This document shows positions 18,542-28,546 of a stretch of 64,000 bases of DNA, piece by piece. The notes beneath the pieces were generated by a model. The model was not told the origin of the DNA. It ran no database searches and saw only the letters and a program-made list of their open reading frames with translations. Source of the DNA: Treponema sp. (lineage in GTDB: Bacteria > Spirochaetota > Spirochaetia > Treponematales > Treponemataceae). A program made the position numbers and the translations under genes. The stretch covers positions 34,030 to 98,029 of the forward strand of contig JAGAZO010000018.1 in the NCBI GenBank assembly GCA_017940005.1, in the 5' to 3' direction. Within the stretch, counting starts at the first letter, position 1. The number at the start of each line of letters is the position of its first letter.

Positions 18542-20044
18542 CTAAAATTGCACATTTTCTTTATCCGCAGGACCGACAACTGCAAACCACTGCCCGCTGT
18601 CCTTCGCCCAATATTTTTCAAACGCCACCTGCACTTCTTTTGCGCTCACGTCCGCAATGCGTGCAATTCTTTTGTCATACGCATACGGCTCGCCAAACAT
18701 GAGCAGACTGTACGCAATGCGTGAAGCAACGCTCGAGTTCGTCACAGAAGAAGCATAGAACGAATTGATGTATTGATTTTTATAGCCTTCAAGCCTGTCT
18801 GCAATCGGCGAAAGCGCATATGTACCGTCATCATTTTTGCCATCAATGACAAAGCCGCGAGTAAAAATGTCGTGCGCTTCTCTTTCATATGTTACAACAT
18901 TTTGCAAATCGCTCGCTTTGAAAATATACACGCTCGACATGCCTGCACGCATTGGCGTAATGCTTGCGCTCGGCGTATAACATGCGCCGTATTTTTCGCG
19001 CACAATGTTGAACAGCACTTGCGAATACATCGTTGCGGCAAGAGCTGCGGCTGTCATGTCATCATCAAAAATGGAAGGCCCCGATGCAACTTTTTCAAGA
19101 TAGCCTGTGCCGCTCGCCGCCTCGCTTGTGATAACGACAGGTGCGCCAGAAATAGAAAGCGGCGGTACGACTGCTGTATGCAGTTCATATGATTGCGCAT
19201 CTATTGCCCCGAACGTTTTGTTAAGTTTTTTTGCAAGCGTTTTTGCATTGAAGTTTCCGACAGCAACAATCATGATGCGCCGCGCATCCATATCTCTTTC
19301 GTGAAGACGCATTATATTTTCAATAGTGATATTCTCAATCGAATACGGTCGTACTGCAGAGCTCACTGCATACGGATGATTTTTAAAAACTGTTTGTGTC
19401 ATTTCATATGCGAGCATATTTTGAGAATCTGTCTGTAAACGCTGCATGTCTTGCGCGTATCTTGTCATAAGCATATCGTATTGCTCTTTTTCAAAAGCAG
19501 GATGCAAAAACGCATCGGCAAAAATCGGCAGCACAGTCTCAAAATAATAATCAATGCAACTCATCGACAGGATTGCGCCTTCGCGCGATACTGACGAAGT
19601 GATTGCAAAATTCATTTTGTATGCAAGTTGTTGCAGCGTGTCGTAATTGTATTTTTGAGAACCATATGTCATCATGGAAAAAAGCGCGCTCTCTAGCCCT
19701 GATGTCTCGCGCGTTAAGTACGCGGTTCCTCCTTGCACAATCACCGCGAGGGCAAGTTTCCTGTTTGCCATATTATTTTGTATATACAGCGGAATGCCGT
19801 TTGCAAGCCCTACAATCTGCAACTCGTTTTGAGAAGACGCACTGTCCACCACGCGCATGCTGTTTGACGCTTGCTCGCTGTTTATCGCACGGTCGCCGCC
19901 TGTTGCGCGCATGCTGCTTTGCAACGCCGCCCCATCTGCTGCTCGCACACCGTTTTCGCGTGGAAAAGTTGTTGCGCAAGAGAAAAACGCGCAGCTTGCA
20001 ATCATGCAAACAGATGCACGGAGTATTTTTAGAAGCAATTTCAT
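18542..20044 (-). CDS. M16 (insulinase) family lipoprotein, non-catalytic partner
   Basis: Lipobox FFSC; M16 fold motifs; no HxxEH. Confidence 0.85.
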   Translation of the reverse strand: MKLLLKILRASVCMIASCAFFSCATTFPRENGVRAADGAALQSSMRATGGDRAINSEQASNSMRVVDSASSQNELQIVGLANGIPLYIQNNMANRKLALAVIVQGGTAYLTRETSGLESALFSMMTYGSQKYNYDTLQQLAYKMNFAITSSVSREGAILSMSCIDYYFETVLPIFADAFLHPAFEKEQYDMLMTRYAQDMQRLQTDSQNMLAYEMTQTVFKNHPYAVSSAVRPYSIENITIENIMRLHERDMDARRIMIVAVGNFNAKTLAKKLNKTFGAIDAQSYELHTAVVPPLSISGAPVVITSEAASGTGYLEKVASGPSIFDDDMTAAALAATMYSQVLFNIVREKYGACYTPSASITPMRAGMSSVYIFKASDLQNVVTYEREAHDIFTRGFVIDGKNDDGTYALSPIADRLEGYKNQYINSFYASSVTNSSVASRIAYSLLMFGEPYAYDKRIARIADVSAKEVQVAFEKYWAKDSGQWFAVVGPADKENVQF

Positions 20045-21615
20045 TGCGCCACCTCCCCGTCATTGTACCAGAATGCGCGCTCCGCGCTCATAAGCAAAAA
20101 TCCCGCATCAGCAAACGCGCGCTTTTGCATCTCATACACGGCAGGGTTTACGAGCACTGTCACGAGCGCGTTTTTGCTCGCGACATATTCAGTCAAAAAA
20201 TTATCTATATCTTTTTTAGTAACTTTCATCATGTTGTCCAAGTAGCCGTAATAATACTCATCGCTCACCGTAGTCCACCAAAAGCGCAAATTACTCTTTA
20301 CACGCGAAGCCGTCTCTGCATCTTCAATAAAATTGTCCGTGATTTTTTGATACACGCGCTTAAACTGCTTCTTTGAAAAAGTGTTCTTATTGCTCACAAC
20401 TCGTGGCACAACTTGTTCCGTGAGCGTTTCATAAAAAAGCTTCACGCGCGAAGGCAAATCATATGGCGGCAAACTGTTCACTCCCTTTGCCTCGCCGCCC
20501 GCACGCTCCGTTCCACCGCGCTCACCATGTGCAACGTTCGCCTCGTGCACATCAAGAGCAGCAACAAGCAGTGCGCCAAAATTAAGCGTGCTCGTCGCGC
20601 GCGTTGTCAAATAACTTTCCCACACATACTGCGCGTCGGGAATGCCAAGCAGCGGAATACGCGTCATCGTCTGCACATACACGCTTTGCGGGTCATCAAA
20701 AAAATAGCCAAGCATATCTGCCGCATATGTTGCTTTCTCATCAAAGCCTGCATCAGGCGCGCGATACATCACAGACACTTGTGCAAGTTGCGGAGAAATT
20801 TGTTCATACGGCATGACGCAAAACGTCACGTGTGGAAGCGGATTATTAAGTTGCGCCTCAATTCCTTCGCGCCACGGGTCATCACTGCGCTCCCAAGAAC
20901 CGTACAATTCCTGCGCAAGCGCATGCACCTCATCGGGCATTACATCGCCTGCAACAAAAAGAGCTGCATTATTCGGCACATAGTATGTCTTTTGAATAGC
21001 GCGTATGTCGCTAACAGTCGCCCCACGCACAACATCAGGTGAACCAGAAGGGTCGCATCGCCACGGGAATTTTGGAAAGAGCATTTTCTGCACGCTGTAG
21101 CGGTATACGGTGCCAGGCTCTGAAAGCGTGCCTTCAATTTCTGCGAGCACTACTTTTTTCTCGCGTTCAAGTTCTGCTTCGTCAAGCAGCGGCTCGCGAA
21201 TAGCGTAGCTCCAAAACTCCATTCCTTCGCGCAGCAGCTTTGACGGCACAGTAAAAAAATAATTAACGCATTCAGCTCCTGTCGTGCCGTTCCATTCAGG
21301 TACTCCCATATCGCTGATTGCCCGCTGCACACTCGCAGCATCGCGATACTTTGCATTTCCTTTGAACATCATGTGTTCATACAGATGAAACAATCCCGCG
21401 TTCTCTTGCGTCTGCGCAATGCCTCCCGCTTTCACTGCAATCTCAATGTAGGCAAGAGGAGCCGCATGATTTTCAACGACAAATACTTTCAAACCGTTTT
21501 CAAGCTCGTAGCGATGCACATTTTCAAGCGGTGTTCTTTCTGCAAATGAACTATTAACAATTAATAAAATAATAGCGACAAAACTCGCCGTGCGTTTAGC
21601 AATGTTCATGCACAC
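20041..21615 (-). CDS. M16 family Zn-peptidase, catalytic subunit
   Basis: YELENGLKV..AGLFHLYEHMMFKG (HxxEH). Confidence 0.9.
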   Translation of the reverse strand: MCMNIAKRTASFVAIILLIVNSSFAERTPLENVHRYELENGLKVFVVENHAAPLAYIEIAVKAGGIAQTQENAGLFHLYEHMMFKGNAKYRDAASVQRAISDMGVPEWNGTTGAECVNYFFTVPSKLLREGMEFWSYAIREPLLDEAELEREKKVVLAEIEGTLSEPGTVYRYSVQKMLFPKFPWRCDPSGSPDVVRGATVSDIRAIQKTYYVPNNAALFVAGDVMPDEVHALAQELYGSWERSDDPWREGIEAQLNNPLPHVTFCVMPYEQISPQLAQVSVMYRAPDAGFDEKATYAADMLGYFFDDPQSVYVQTMTRIPLLGIPDAQYVWESYLTTRATSTLNFGALLVAALDVHEANVAHGERGGTERAGGEAKGVNSLPPYDLPSRVKLFYETLTEQVVPRVVSNKNTFSKKQFKRVYQKITDNFIEDAETASRVKSNLRFWWTTVSDEYYYGYLDNMMKVTKKDIDNFLTEYVASKNALVTVLVNPAVYEMQKRAFADAGFLLMSAERAFWYNDGEVAQ

Positions 21616-21661
21616 AGTATAAAAGAAAATGCATTGTTTGTGAATGATGATTTACTCTTGC

Positions 21662-23476
21662 CTACGCTTCATCGGCAGCACTGCGTGCAAGAAAAATTAC
21701 TGAAGAGATTATTAAAACAATAACATACACACCACTGCCTAAAAATAGTGAAAACCTGCTTCCTGCTGCCCCAATGAATACATAGTTTACTAACTTGTAA
21801 AGCCACTGAAGCACCATGCAAATCATATATGCAAGTAGTGAACAAAATGGAAAAACAAAAATATAAGATGCTTTGAACAAAAGATGTTCGCCTATTCTAT
21901 AGTTCCACGCAAATGAAGCGAACACTATAAGAATTATGAGCATAAAGAGCGGATACAGCATCCTATTCAAAAGCACTTGTGCAAAAACTTCTTCTGAATA
22001 GCCAAACTGTTTTGCTTTACTCACAAAACGAAGCAATGAGATAAGTCCCATGTAATCTGCTCCTTGTGACGCATCACACAGCAGCAAAAAATCATCATAT
22101 GAGACAGGGAGCACAATTTGATCAGGACAGCCACTTTTATCTGACGCATATTGATAGCGCGGTCCACTCGTAATGCCTTCGGTGTCTCTGTCAATGGAAC
22201 GCAAAAGAATATACGGAATATATGCAACATCGTCTGCAATGCCGAGCATATGTCTTGTATTGTCATCAAAATCTGATGCAGGCACTTCGAGCATTTTTGC
22301 ATACGGCGCATATACGCTCTGCACATACGCACCATTCATATCAAGTGAAAAAATTGACAGCCCACGCAAGTATTGCACCATGCCTGCAGTGTGTTGTACA
22401 GGCGTAACGCCTTTTATATACACAATATCAGTAACACCCGTTGCATCTACGAGTGAAAAATATACATCAGCAGCAGTTTCAAATCCTTGTGCATCAATTA
22501 TTTCATCGATAAAAAATGTTTCGTTCTCGAGGCGGTTCGTTACAAGCGCAAGATACCGCACAACATCAGGATCGCGTGAAAGCTCTCGCGTTTCAGTGGA
22601 AAGCGTATGGAAAATATAATACGCTCTTAAATTATCACCCTGCATGAATGCAGTATATCCCTCCATCTTACGTGCAAAAATCTTTTCCGACTCAGTGACA
22701 GCGGGCATATCCGACATAGCAAGTTTGTTCCACGAATTTGCTGCTATCTCACGAAGCCGTTCATAATTCGTGTTACGCGGATTTGAAATAGAAACACCCG
22801 TCTGCGCATAGTAGTGCGCGTCAAACCAACGCGCCGCTGCATACGCATTTTCTGCGCGTCTGCGCAATTCCGACACGGTGTACCCTTCTTCGCTTACTGC
22901 CTGCAATGTATCAGAGACCTCATCATTTTTTTTTCGTCCGCTATGCGCGCTTATTGCAGCAACTTCCGTTTCTTTCATAAGGCGCGCAGCCTCTACTGAA
23001 GTGGGATCGATTTTTGCCGCAAGCTCTCCGTATTGATATGCGAGAGCATTGCGTCCTGCTTGCTGCATTTGTTGCCCTACTTTTATGTACTCATTTAAAA
23101 GCACAGGCATACGAACATACTGCCGCTGCTTTGCTTCAAAAACAGGGAATCCTATCTCAGCAATCACTGTTAATAAAAATGAACATGCAAGCGAAATACC
23201 AACCACTTGCCTGTATCGCTTGAACATTGCAGACGAGAATCGACGTTCACTTCCTTCTGGATTGCGCCCAAACGAAACGGCATATCCGACAACAAATCCT
23301 GTGATAATTATGGACGGACATATTTTGCAAAAGAGTTTTAACGCACCAAGAAAACGGTATGCCGTTTCAGTCTTTTGGAGCAGCAAAGGAATATCTGCAA
23401 TAAAAAATTTATAGATGAAGCAGCCGAGTAAACAAAAAACAGCATAACCTAAAAGTATTTGAATTACACGCTTCAT
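21662..23476 (-). CDS. Hypothetical membrane protein with TPR-like central region
   Basis: 604 aa ORF with TM segments at both termini. Confidence 0.8.
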   Translation of the reverse strand: MKRVIQILLGYAVFCLLGCFIYKFFIADIPLLLQKTETAYRFLGALKLFCKICPSIIITGFVVGYAVSFGRNPEGSERRFSSAMFKRYRQVVGISLACSFLLTVIAEIGFPVFEAKQRQYVRMPVLLNEYIKVGQQMQQAGRNALAYQYGELAAKIDPTSVEAARLMKETEVAAISAHSGRKKNDEVSDTLQAVSEEGYTVSELRRRAENAYAAARWFDAHYYAQTGVSISNPRNTNYERLREIAANSWNKLAMSDMPAVTESEKIFARKMEGYTAFMQGDNLRAYYIFHTLSTETRELSRDPDVVRYLALVTNRLENETFFIDEIIDAQGFETAADVYFSLVDATGVTDIVYIKGVTPVQHTAGMVQYLRGLSIFSLDMNGAYVQSVYAPYAKMLEVPASDFDDNTRHMLGIADDVAYIPYILLRSIDRDTEGITSGPRYQYASDKSGCPDQIVLPVSYDDFLLLCDASQGADYMGLISLLRFVSKAKQFGYSEEVFAQVLLNRMLYPLFMLIILIVFASFAWNYRIGEHLLFKASYIFVFPFCSLLAYMICMVLQWLYKLVNYVFIGAAGSRFSLFLGSGVYVIVLIISSVIFLARSAADEA

Positions 23477-23480
23477 ATGG

Positions 23481-24434
23481 TTATCCTCTCCGCTGTTTTT
23501 TTGAGCGCGTATGAGATGCGAGCAATCCGATTAAAATGCATAACATTCCAACGAACATATTTGCAATCACAAGCAACGGCTCGTTAACGGAGAAAAGAAA
23601 CGGCATGCGCATTGCGAGCATAACGTCTAGATTTCTAATAAGCGCAAAATAATCTGAGTAATAAAGCATATTACATGATAAGACGCCTGCTTCCATTATT
23701 AAAAGATACACAATACCTACAAGTCGCCAGTCACTGCAAAAAGTAAGTGCATATGCTGCGCACAGAGCAAATGCAAATGATAAAAAGCACAGCCAGCTTA
23801 TCCAGCCGTTTTTCCATGCATACTCCGCGCGCGAAATAATAGCGCTGATACCTTCGCCTATCCACGCAGGAAAAAGCGGCACTGTTTCTTTTATGAGGAT
23901 GTCGTAGAACGGATGCGCTTCTTTTGCAACATCTTCCCTATAGACAGTGCTCATTGAAATCGTATCGACGGCAGCGCTAAAAACGACAGCGTTCATTTGC
24001 GCGCGGGTAAAATCGTGCGAAAGATAATACACACCGCCAGCGTGAGGGCGAAAATAGCCAGCAGTAAGAGCTACGTGTGGTGCGTTAGCAGCCTGTGGCG
24101 TTTTTGATTTAAATGAAATGAAAAACGGATAAAGTGCGCACCATGTCGCTGCACACAGGACAATATACGCAAGCACAGGCGGCCAGCCTCCGCCAGAATG
24201 ACGCACTCGGTAAAAACTCAAAAACAGTGATGAAAAAATGAGCACAACCGGTACAACGACATATATTCCAGATGCAAGCGCATTACCGCTGAAAAGCGAC
24301 AACGGCCGCCCAGCCACAAGTGCAACCGTGTTAAAATACACCATATATGCGAGTTCACCAATAATGATAAGACTCAGCAAAAGCCATAGATATGTAGGGA
24401 TGAGTAACAGAGCCTTTTTAAACGATGCGCCCAT
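23481..24434 (-). CDS. Hypothetical multi-TM membrane protein
   Basis: 317 aa hydrophobic ORF co-oriented with the downstream gene, RBS GAGAGG. Confidence 0.8.
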   Translation of the reverse strand: MGASFKKALLLIPTYLWLLLSLIIIGELAYMVYFNTVALVAGRPLSLFSGNALASGIYVVVPVVLIFSSLFLSFYRVRHSGGGWPPVLAYIVLCAATWCALYPFFISFKSKTPQAANAPHVALTAGYFRPHAGGVYYLSHDFTRAQMNAVVFSAAVDTISMSTVYREDVAKEAHPFYDILIKETVPLFPAWIGEGISAIISRAEYAWKNGWISWLCFLSFAFALCAAYALTFCSDWRLVGIVYLLIMEAGVLSCNMLYYSDYFALIRNLDVMLAMRMPFLFSVNEPLLVIANMFVGMLCILIGLLASHTRSKKQRRG

Positions 24435-24484
24435 TTTTTGTATTATACTCCAAACATAGTGAAAATGCTACCGCTTCATTGCTA

Positions 24485-24771
24485 TTATCGACAAAACAGG
24501 CAGATTTTTATACAGAGGAGCGCATAAGCTGTAAACGTATTTTCCACAAGTTATCCACAGAACAAAAGAACAGTAAAAAATAAAAATGCTATTTTCATAT
24601 AATACCGATAAATAGAGCATTTTTTCATAATTTTATGTATTTTCTTATAATACAAAGAATTAAAAATATTTTTGCAGTCACAGTAAAATTTTCACATTTT
24701 TTTATATGAAGTGCTTCTGTTGACATACATTATTTCATATTTTCAGACAAGTTTTCAACAACTTATCCACA
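24485..24771 (+). promoter_or_regulatory. DnaA-box cluster flanking an AT-rich segment
   Basis: TTATCCACA at 24551 and 24763; TTTTCCACA at 24540; TTTTCAACA at 24752; TTATCGACA at 24485. Confidence 0.65.
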
Positions 24772-24772
24772 T

Positions 24773-25324
24773 TTAGCCAAGCGATACATATCCCTGTTGG
24801 TCTATTGCAAGAATAGATTTGCATTCCGAACAGCGAAAACGCCCTGCCCTCGTAGCCCGTAAACGCTTTGAACATACAGGACAAGAGAACACTTTAGGGA
24901 ATACGCTGCTTGTAACAGGAGCACTCGTTTTGAAAAACGCTATTGCATCATCAGTTGTGTCTTTAATATTAAAAAACTGTGAAAAACCGAGCAATTGAAA
25001 CACTTCATACACTTTCGGTTGAATTTCGAGAAGAACAATATCGCCACCTTTTGGCTTTACCATTTTAAGAAACGCAGTGAACGAACCAATACCTGTTGAC
25101 GAAACATAATTGAGTGCAGAGCAATTAAAAATCAAATTGATAAAACCAGACTCAACGACCTTTTGGATTTTTTTTTGAAAGAAATTTGAGTTATATGTAT
25201 CGATATATCCATTAAGGTAAATACATAATCCATTTGGTACAGATTCCGTTTTTTCAAGAGAAATTTTAAGACTGTCATCTTTCTCTTCATTGAAACCCGG
25301 TATAAGATTATCGCTATTCGTCAT
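24773..25324 (-). CDS. Anti-sigma factor antagonist (STAS) with C-terminal Zn ribbon
   Basis: LNGYIDTYNS..LNYVSSTGIG; CPVC..CSEC. Confidence 0.9.
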   Translation of the reverse strand: MTNSDNLIPGFNEEKDDSLKISLEKTESVPNGLCIYLNGYIDTYNSNFFQKKIQKVVESGFINLIFNCSALNYVSSTGIGSFTAFLKMVKPKGGDIVLLEIQPKVYEVFQLLGFSQFFNIKDTTDDAIAFFKTSAPVTSSVFPKVFSCPVCSKRLRATRAGRFRCSECKSILAIDQQGYVSLG

Positions 25325-25706
25325 ACACCCCGCCTTCAAAAGCTATCAAAACCCTCTTACTATGTAAACATCATAATACACTAAAAATTACTATAATGTC
25401 AAATGCAAAACGCGCATCCTTGATATAAACAATATAACAAACCACTTATTATATCGACAGTATATATATCATTCTTTAAAAAGTTGTTAAAAAAATGGTT
25501 CCGAAATAGACGGCAATTCTATCCTTAAATATGAAAAACGAATATGGGTACATCATCTGTATATACAAGCGTGCATCAATCTACAATTTAGAGATTTGTT
25601 TTCTTCTGCTGTCTTTTAATAAATATATATAATATAACACCACGCAAAGCATTGAAATATGCATAGGTTACACGAAACACCAACCGCGCCGCACTAATCA
25701 ATTCCC

Positions 25707-25736
25707 TTGCACTGTAATTGTAAAATTACGTATAAT
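25707..25736 (+). promoter_or_regulatory. Sigma70-like promoter directly before the RNA methyltransferase (possibly leaderless)
   Basis: TTGCAC-N18-TATAAT ending 7 nt before ATG 25744. Confidence 0.5.
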
Positions 25737-25743
25737 ACCTAAA

Positions 25744-26499
25744 ATGAATTTAGGGAAGATATGTATTATACTTGCGCGCCCCGAAGAAAATCGCAACATT
25801 GGAGCAGTGTGCCGCGCTATGGCAAACAACGGCATCGCTGACTTACGTATTGTCGGTAGACAAAGAGATTACGACGAAGAAAAAATACGCGCACTCGCAA
25901 TACATGCATTTTCTATTTGGGAATCAACGCATTTTTTTCATTCAATTACGCAAGCCACTCGCGACTGTACGTTGTCTGCAGGGACTACTCGGCGGCGCGG
26001 CAAAAACAGAAAAGGGAAATTGCTGCTTCCCGAAGAATTCAGCGCAAAAGCAAACGACATCACCGGTAACGCGCAAGGAAGCGGAGGTCGCGTGGCCATC
26101 GTATTTGGAAACGAGCGCACAGGTCTTACCGACGAAGAACTTGCGGAATGTACACTCGGCGTTACAATTCCCGCAAGTGAAAACTTTGCCTCGCTCAATC
26201 TCTCGCACGCTGTGCAAATATTGTGTTACCATATATTTCGCGAGCACAGCAATAACATATCAGGTTACACACCGCTTTCGCTTTCTCGTATTGACAAAAC
26301 TGTTTCAATAATCGCAGCCAACTTGCAGAAAATAGGATTCTTTAGCGTTGCCGGCCGAAATGATATGGAACAATTCTGGCGAGCAGTTTTATCTCGCGCC
26401 GCGCTTTCAGAAAGTGAAGCGCAATACATGGAAAGAATATTTACAAAAGCTGCGGGACTTGCAACGCGACACACGAGCACTCACAAAATTAATAATTAA
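25744..26499 (+). CDS. SpoU/TrmJ-family RNA methyltransferase
   Basis: PEENRNIGAVCRAM, VFGNERTGL, SLNLSHAV. Confidence 0.9.
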   Translation: MNLGKICIILARPEENRNIGAVCRAMANNGIADLRIVGRQRDYDEEKIRALAIHAFSIWESTHFFHSITQATRDCTLSAGTTRRRGKNRKGKLLLPEEFSAKANDITGNAQGSGGRVAIVFGNERTGLTDEELAECTLGVTIPASENFASLNLSHAVQILCYHIFREHSNNISGYTPLSLSRIDKTVSIIAANLQKIGFFSVAGRNDMEQFWRAVLSRAALSESEAQYMERIFTKAAGLATRHTSTHKINN

Positions 26500-27625
26500 T
26501 AAAATCAGATTGAATGACTTCATCTTTTGACATAATCCATGCGCGGCGCAAACAGTTTTTCAATTGACGTATATTTCCCGGCCAGTCATATTGCATAAGC
26601 TTGGCAAGAGCACTATCTGAAAGCTCTTTATTTTTACCTGCAAGAAAAAAATCGACTATAGCTTTAATATCTCCGAGCCGTTTTCTGAGCGGCGGCATAA
26701 CGATTGTATAGTCCTCCATGCGATAATACAAATCGCTGCGGAATCTTCCCTCACGAACACTCCGCGGAAGATTCTCATTTGTAGCGCAAATAAGGCGTAT
26801 ATCAACATGATGCTCTATGTCGCTCCCAACGTTGCAATAATTCCCCGTCTCTATTACTCGAAGCAATTTCGGTTGCAATGAGAGCGGCACTTCACCGATT
26901 TCATCGAGAAACAGCGTACCGCCGTCTGCACGTGCAAATTTTCCAGCGCGTCGTACAGCACCTGTGTATGCGCCCGGTACTGTACCAAATAAATCGCTTT
27001 CCGCAAGTCCTTCAACAACAGTAGCCATATCCACAGAAATAAAATTTTTACTGCGTCTACATGAATTGTTATGAATCAATTTTGCAGCAAGCGTTTTTCC
27101 CGTGCCGCTTTCGCCAAGCAAAAGCACTGTCAACTCTTTTGCAGCAACACGTGCAAGCTGCCGTTTTACATCAGTGATAACTTCAGAGCTACCGATGAGC
27201 TGCTCAAATCCACTTGTGTCTATATTTCCTATCGCATGCTTTCTGCGCATGGGCAAGAGTTGGATGTCAGAAATAAATGGAAAACGAGATTTTACTGTTT
27301 CACGCAGTATTTCAAGATCACAGGGAAATGGCACACAACTGCTGTACATCATGTATTCTTCGAGCAAATAATTATTCCTGCGCACCAGAAAAATGAATTG
27401 AGAATATTTTACCGATACCCCAGCAAGCTGTGCAACAGCATTTGTAAAAGACTCTGTATCGATAATGACAGGATTGGAAAATACGCGCAATGAAAGTATC
27501 GACTGTGAAATCGACTCGACCACTTGAATCTTGCAAAAAGATTCCAATGCTCTTCTACATAAATTAATGACGCTCCGATTGCACGAGAAGAGAATAACAT
27601 TGCTTATATTTGAAATATCTGACAC
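26489..27625 (-). CDS. Sigma54-interaction AAA+ regulator lacking a C-terminal HTH
   Basis: [38 protein letters not shown]. Confidence 0.9.
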   Translation of the reverse strand: MSDISNISNVILFSCNRSVINLCRRALESFCKIQVVESISQSILSLRVFSNPVIIDTESFTNAVAQLAGVSVKYSQFIFLVRRNNYLLEEYMMYSSCVPFPCDLEILRETVKSRFPFISDIQLLPMRRKHAIGNIDTSGFEQLIGSSEVITDVKRQLARVAAKELTVLLLGESGTGKTLAAKLIHNNSCRRSKNFISVDMATVVEGLAESDLFGTVPGAYTGAVRRAGKFARADGGTLFLDEIGEVPLSLQPKLLRVIETGNYCNVGSDIEHHVDIRLICATNENLPRSVREGRFRSDLYYRMEDYTIVMPPLRKRLGDIKAIVDFFLAGKNKELSDSALAKLMQYDWPGNIRQLKNCLRRAWIMSKDEVIQSDFINY

Positions 27626-27658
27626 CCCTTTTCCCTGCCTGATGCTATCGTCGATATT

Positions 27659-28399
27659 TCAAGTATTATTAAAAAGACGATGCCAGATTAATAATAGCGT
27701 ATACCACAAATATGGAAAAATCAAAAAAATTTTAAATGGGTTGTGAAGAATTTCAACAACAATCTCAAGCCTACTGTTAAAAATTTTATCAGCCATGCGT
27801 TTCTTGCGATCAGCAAAAATTGCAAAGGCATCACGATAGTAGACAAAAATGCTCGACGCAAAACAATTTCGCCGATTATATGCCCATACATCTTTTTCTT
27901 TAATGCCTTCGCTCACAAGTACAAGAGAGGGCATCGCTTTATAAATAGCTGCAACCACAGCATCTTCAGAAGCACGGGAATAGTAGCCAGTGCAACGCCC
28001 CACAATCTGCAAATCGGGAAATGTATCTCGCACATTTGATTCAGCTTTTTGCAATGTGAGATTATGCGCACCAAGCAAATATATTGATTTATAATGTCGC
28101 TCGAGCACGGAAAGCATCTCAATAACAGCACTAAATCGATTGTATCGAACAGGTATTGATTTTTTTAAAAACTTTGCCCCTTTGATAATGCTTTTTGAAA
28201 TAGGCAAAATTAAGTCAGCGTTACGCACACATTCACCGTAATCATTTTTTCTACGTGCCTTAAGTAAATCCCAAATTGATAAAAACACAATCTGCTTTGT
28301 GCCGGGCTTTGCAAGCAATTCAAGCACTCCGCCTTCAATATCTTCAGGTAGACATACATCAACAGGCACACCCACAACATTTATTCGCTGAATAGACAT
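27659..28399 (-). CDS. WecB/TagA/CpsF-family glycosyltransferase
   Basis: IYLLGA..PDLQIVG..GYY pattern. Confidence 0.85.
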   Translation of the reverse strand: MSIQRINVVGVPVDVCLPEDIEGGVLELLAKPGTKQIVFLSIWDLLKARRKNDYGECVRNADLILPISKSIIKGAKFLKKSIPVRYNRFSAVIEMLSVLERHYKSIYLLGAHNLTLQKAESNVRDTFPDLQIVGRCTGYYSRASEDAVVAAIYKAMPSLVLVSEGIKEKDVWAYNRRNCFASSIFVYYRDAFAIFADRKKRMADKIFNSRLEIVVEILHNPFKIFLIFPYLWYTLLLIWHRLFNNT

Positions 28400-28479
28400 A
28401 TATGCATCATTTTACATTTCCATGTAATATTTTGCAAGATAGTTGTGCATATTCATCATTGAAAGAAAATTAATAAAAC

Positions 28480-28509
28480 TTGACAAATCAAATGAAACGC
28501 ATCTATAAT
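28480..28509 (+). promoter_or_regulatory. Consensus sigma70 promoter of the ABC operon
   Basis: TTGACA-N18-TATAAT. Confidence 0.75.
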
Positions 28510-28546
28510 TTGTACTGATGATATTATTTTACGGAGGCGTATTATC

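Noticed and set aside
24400-24800. GC-skew or gene-orientation switch at the DnaA boxes
   Set aside because: Spot counts by eye were inconclusive and gene orientation does not flip there, so oriC is not claimed
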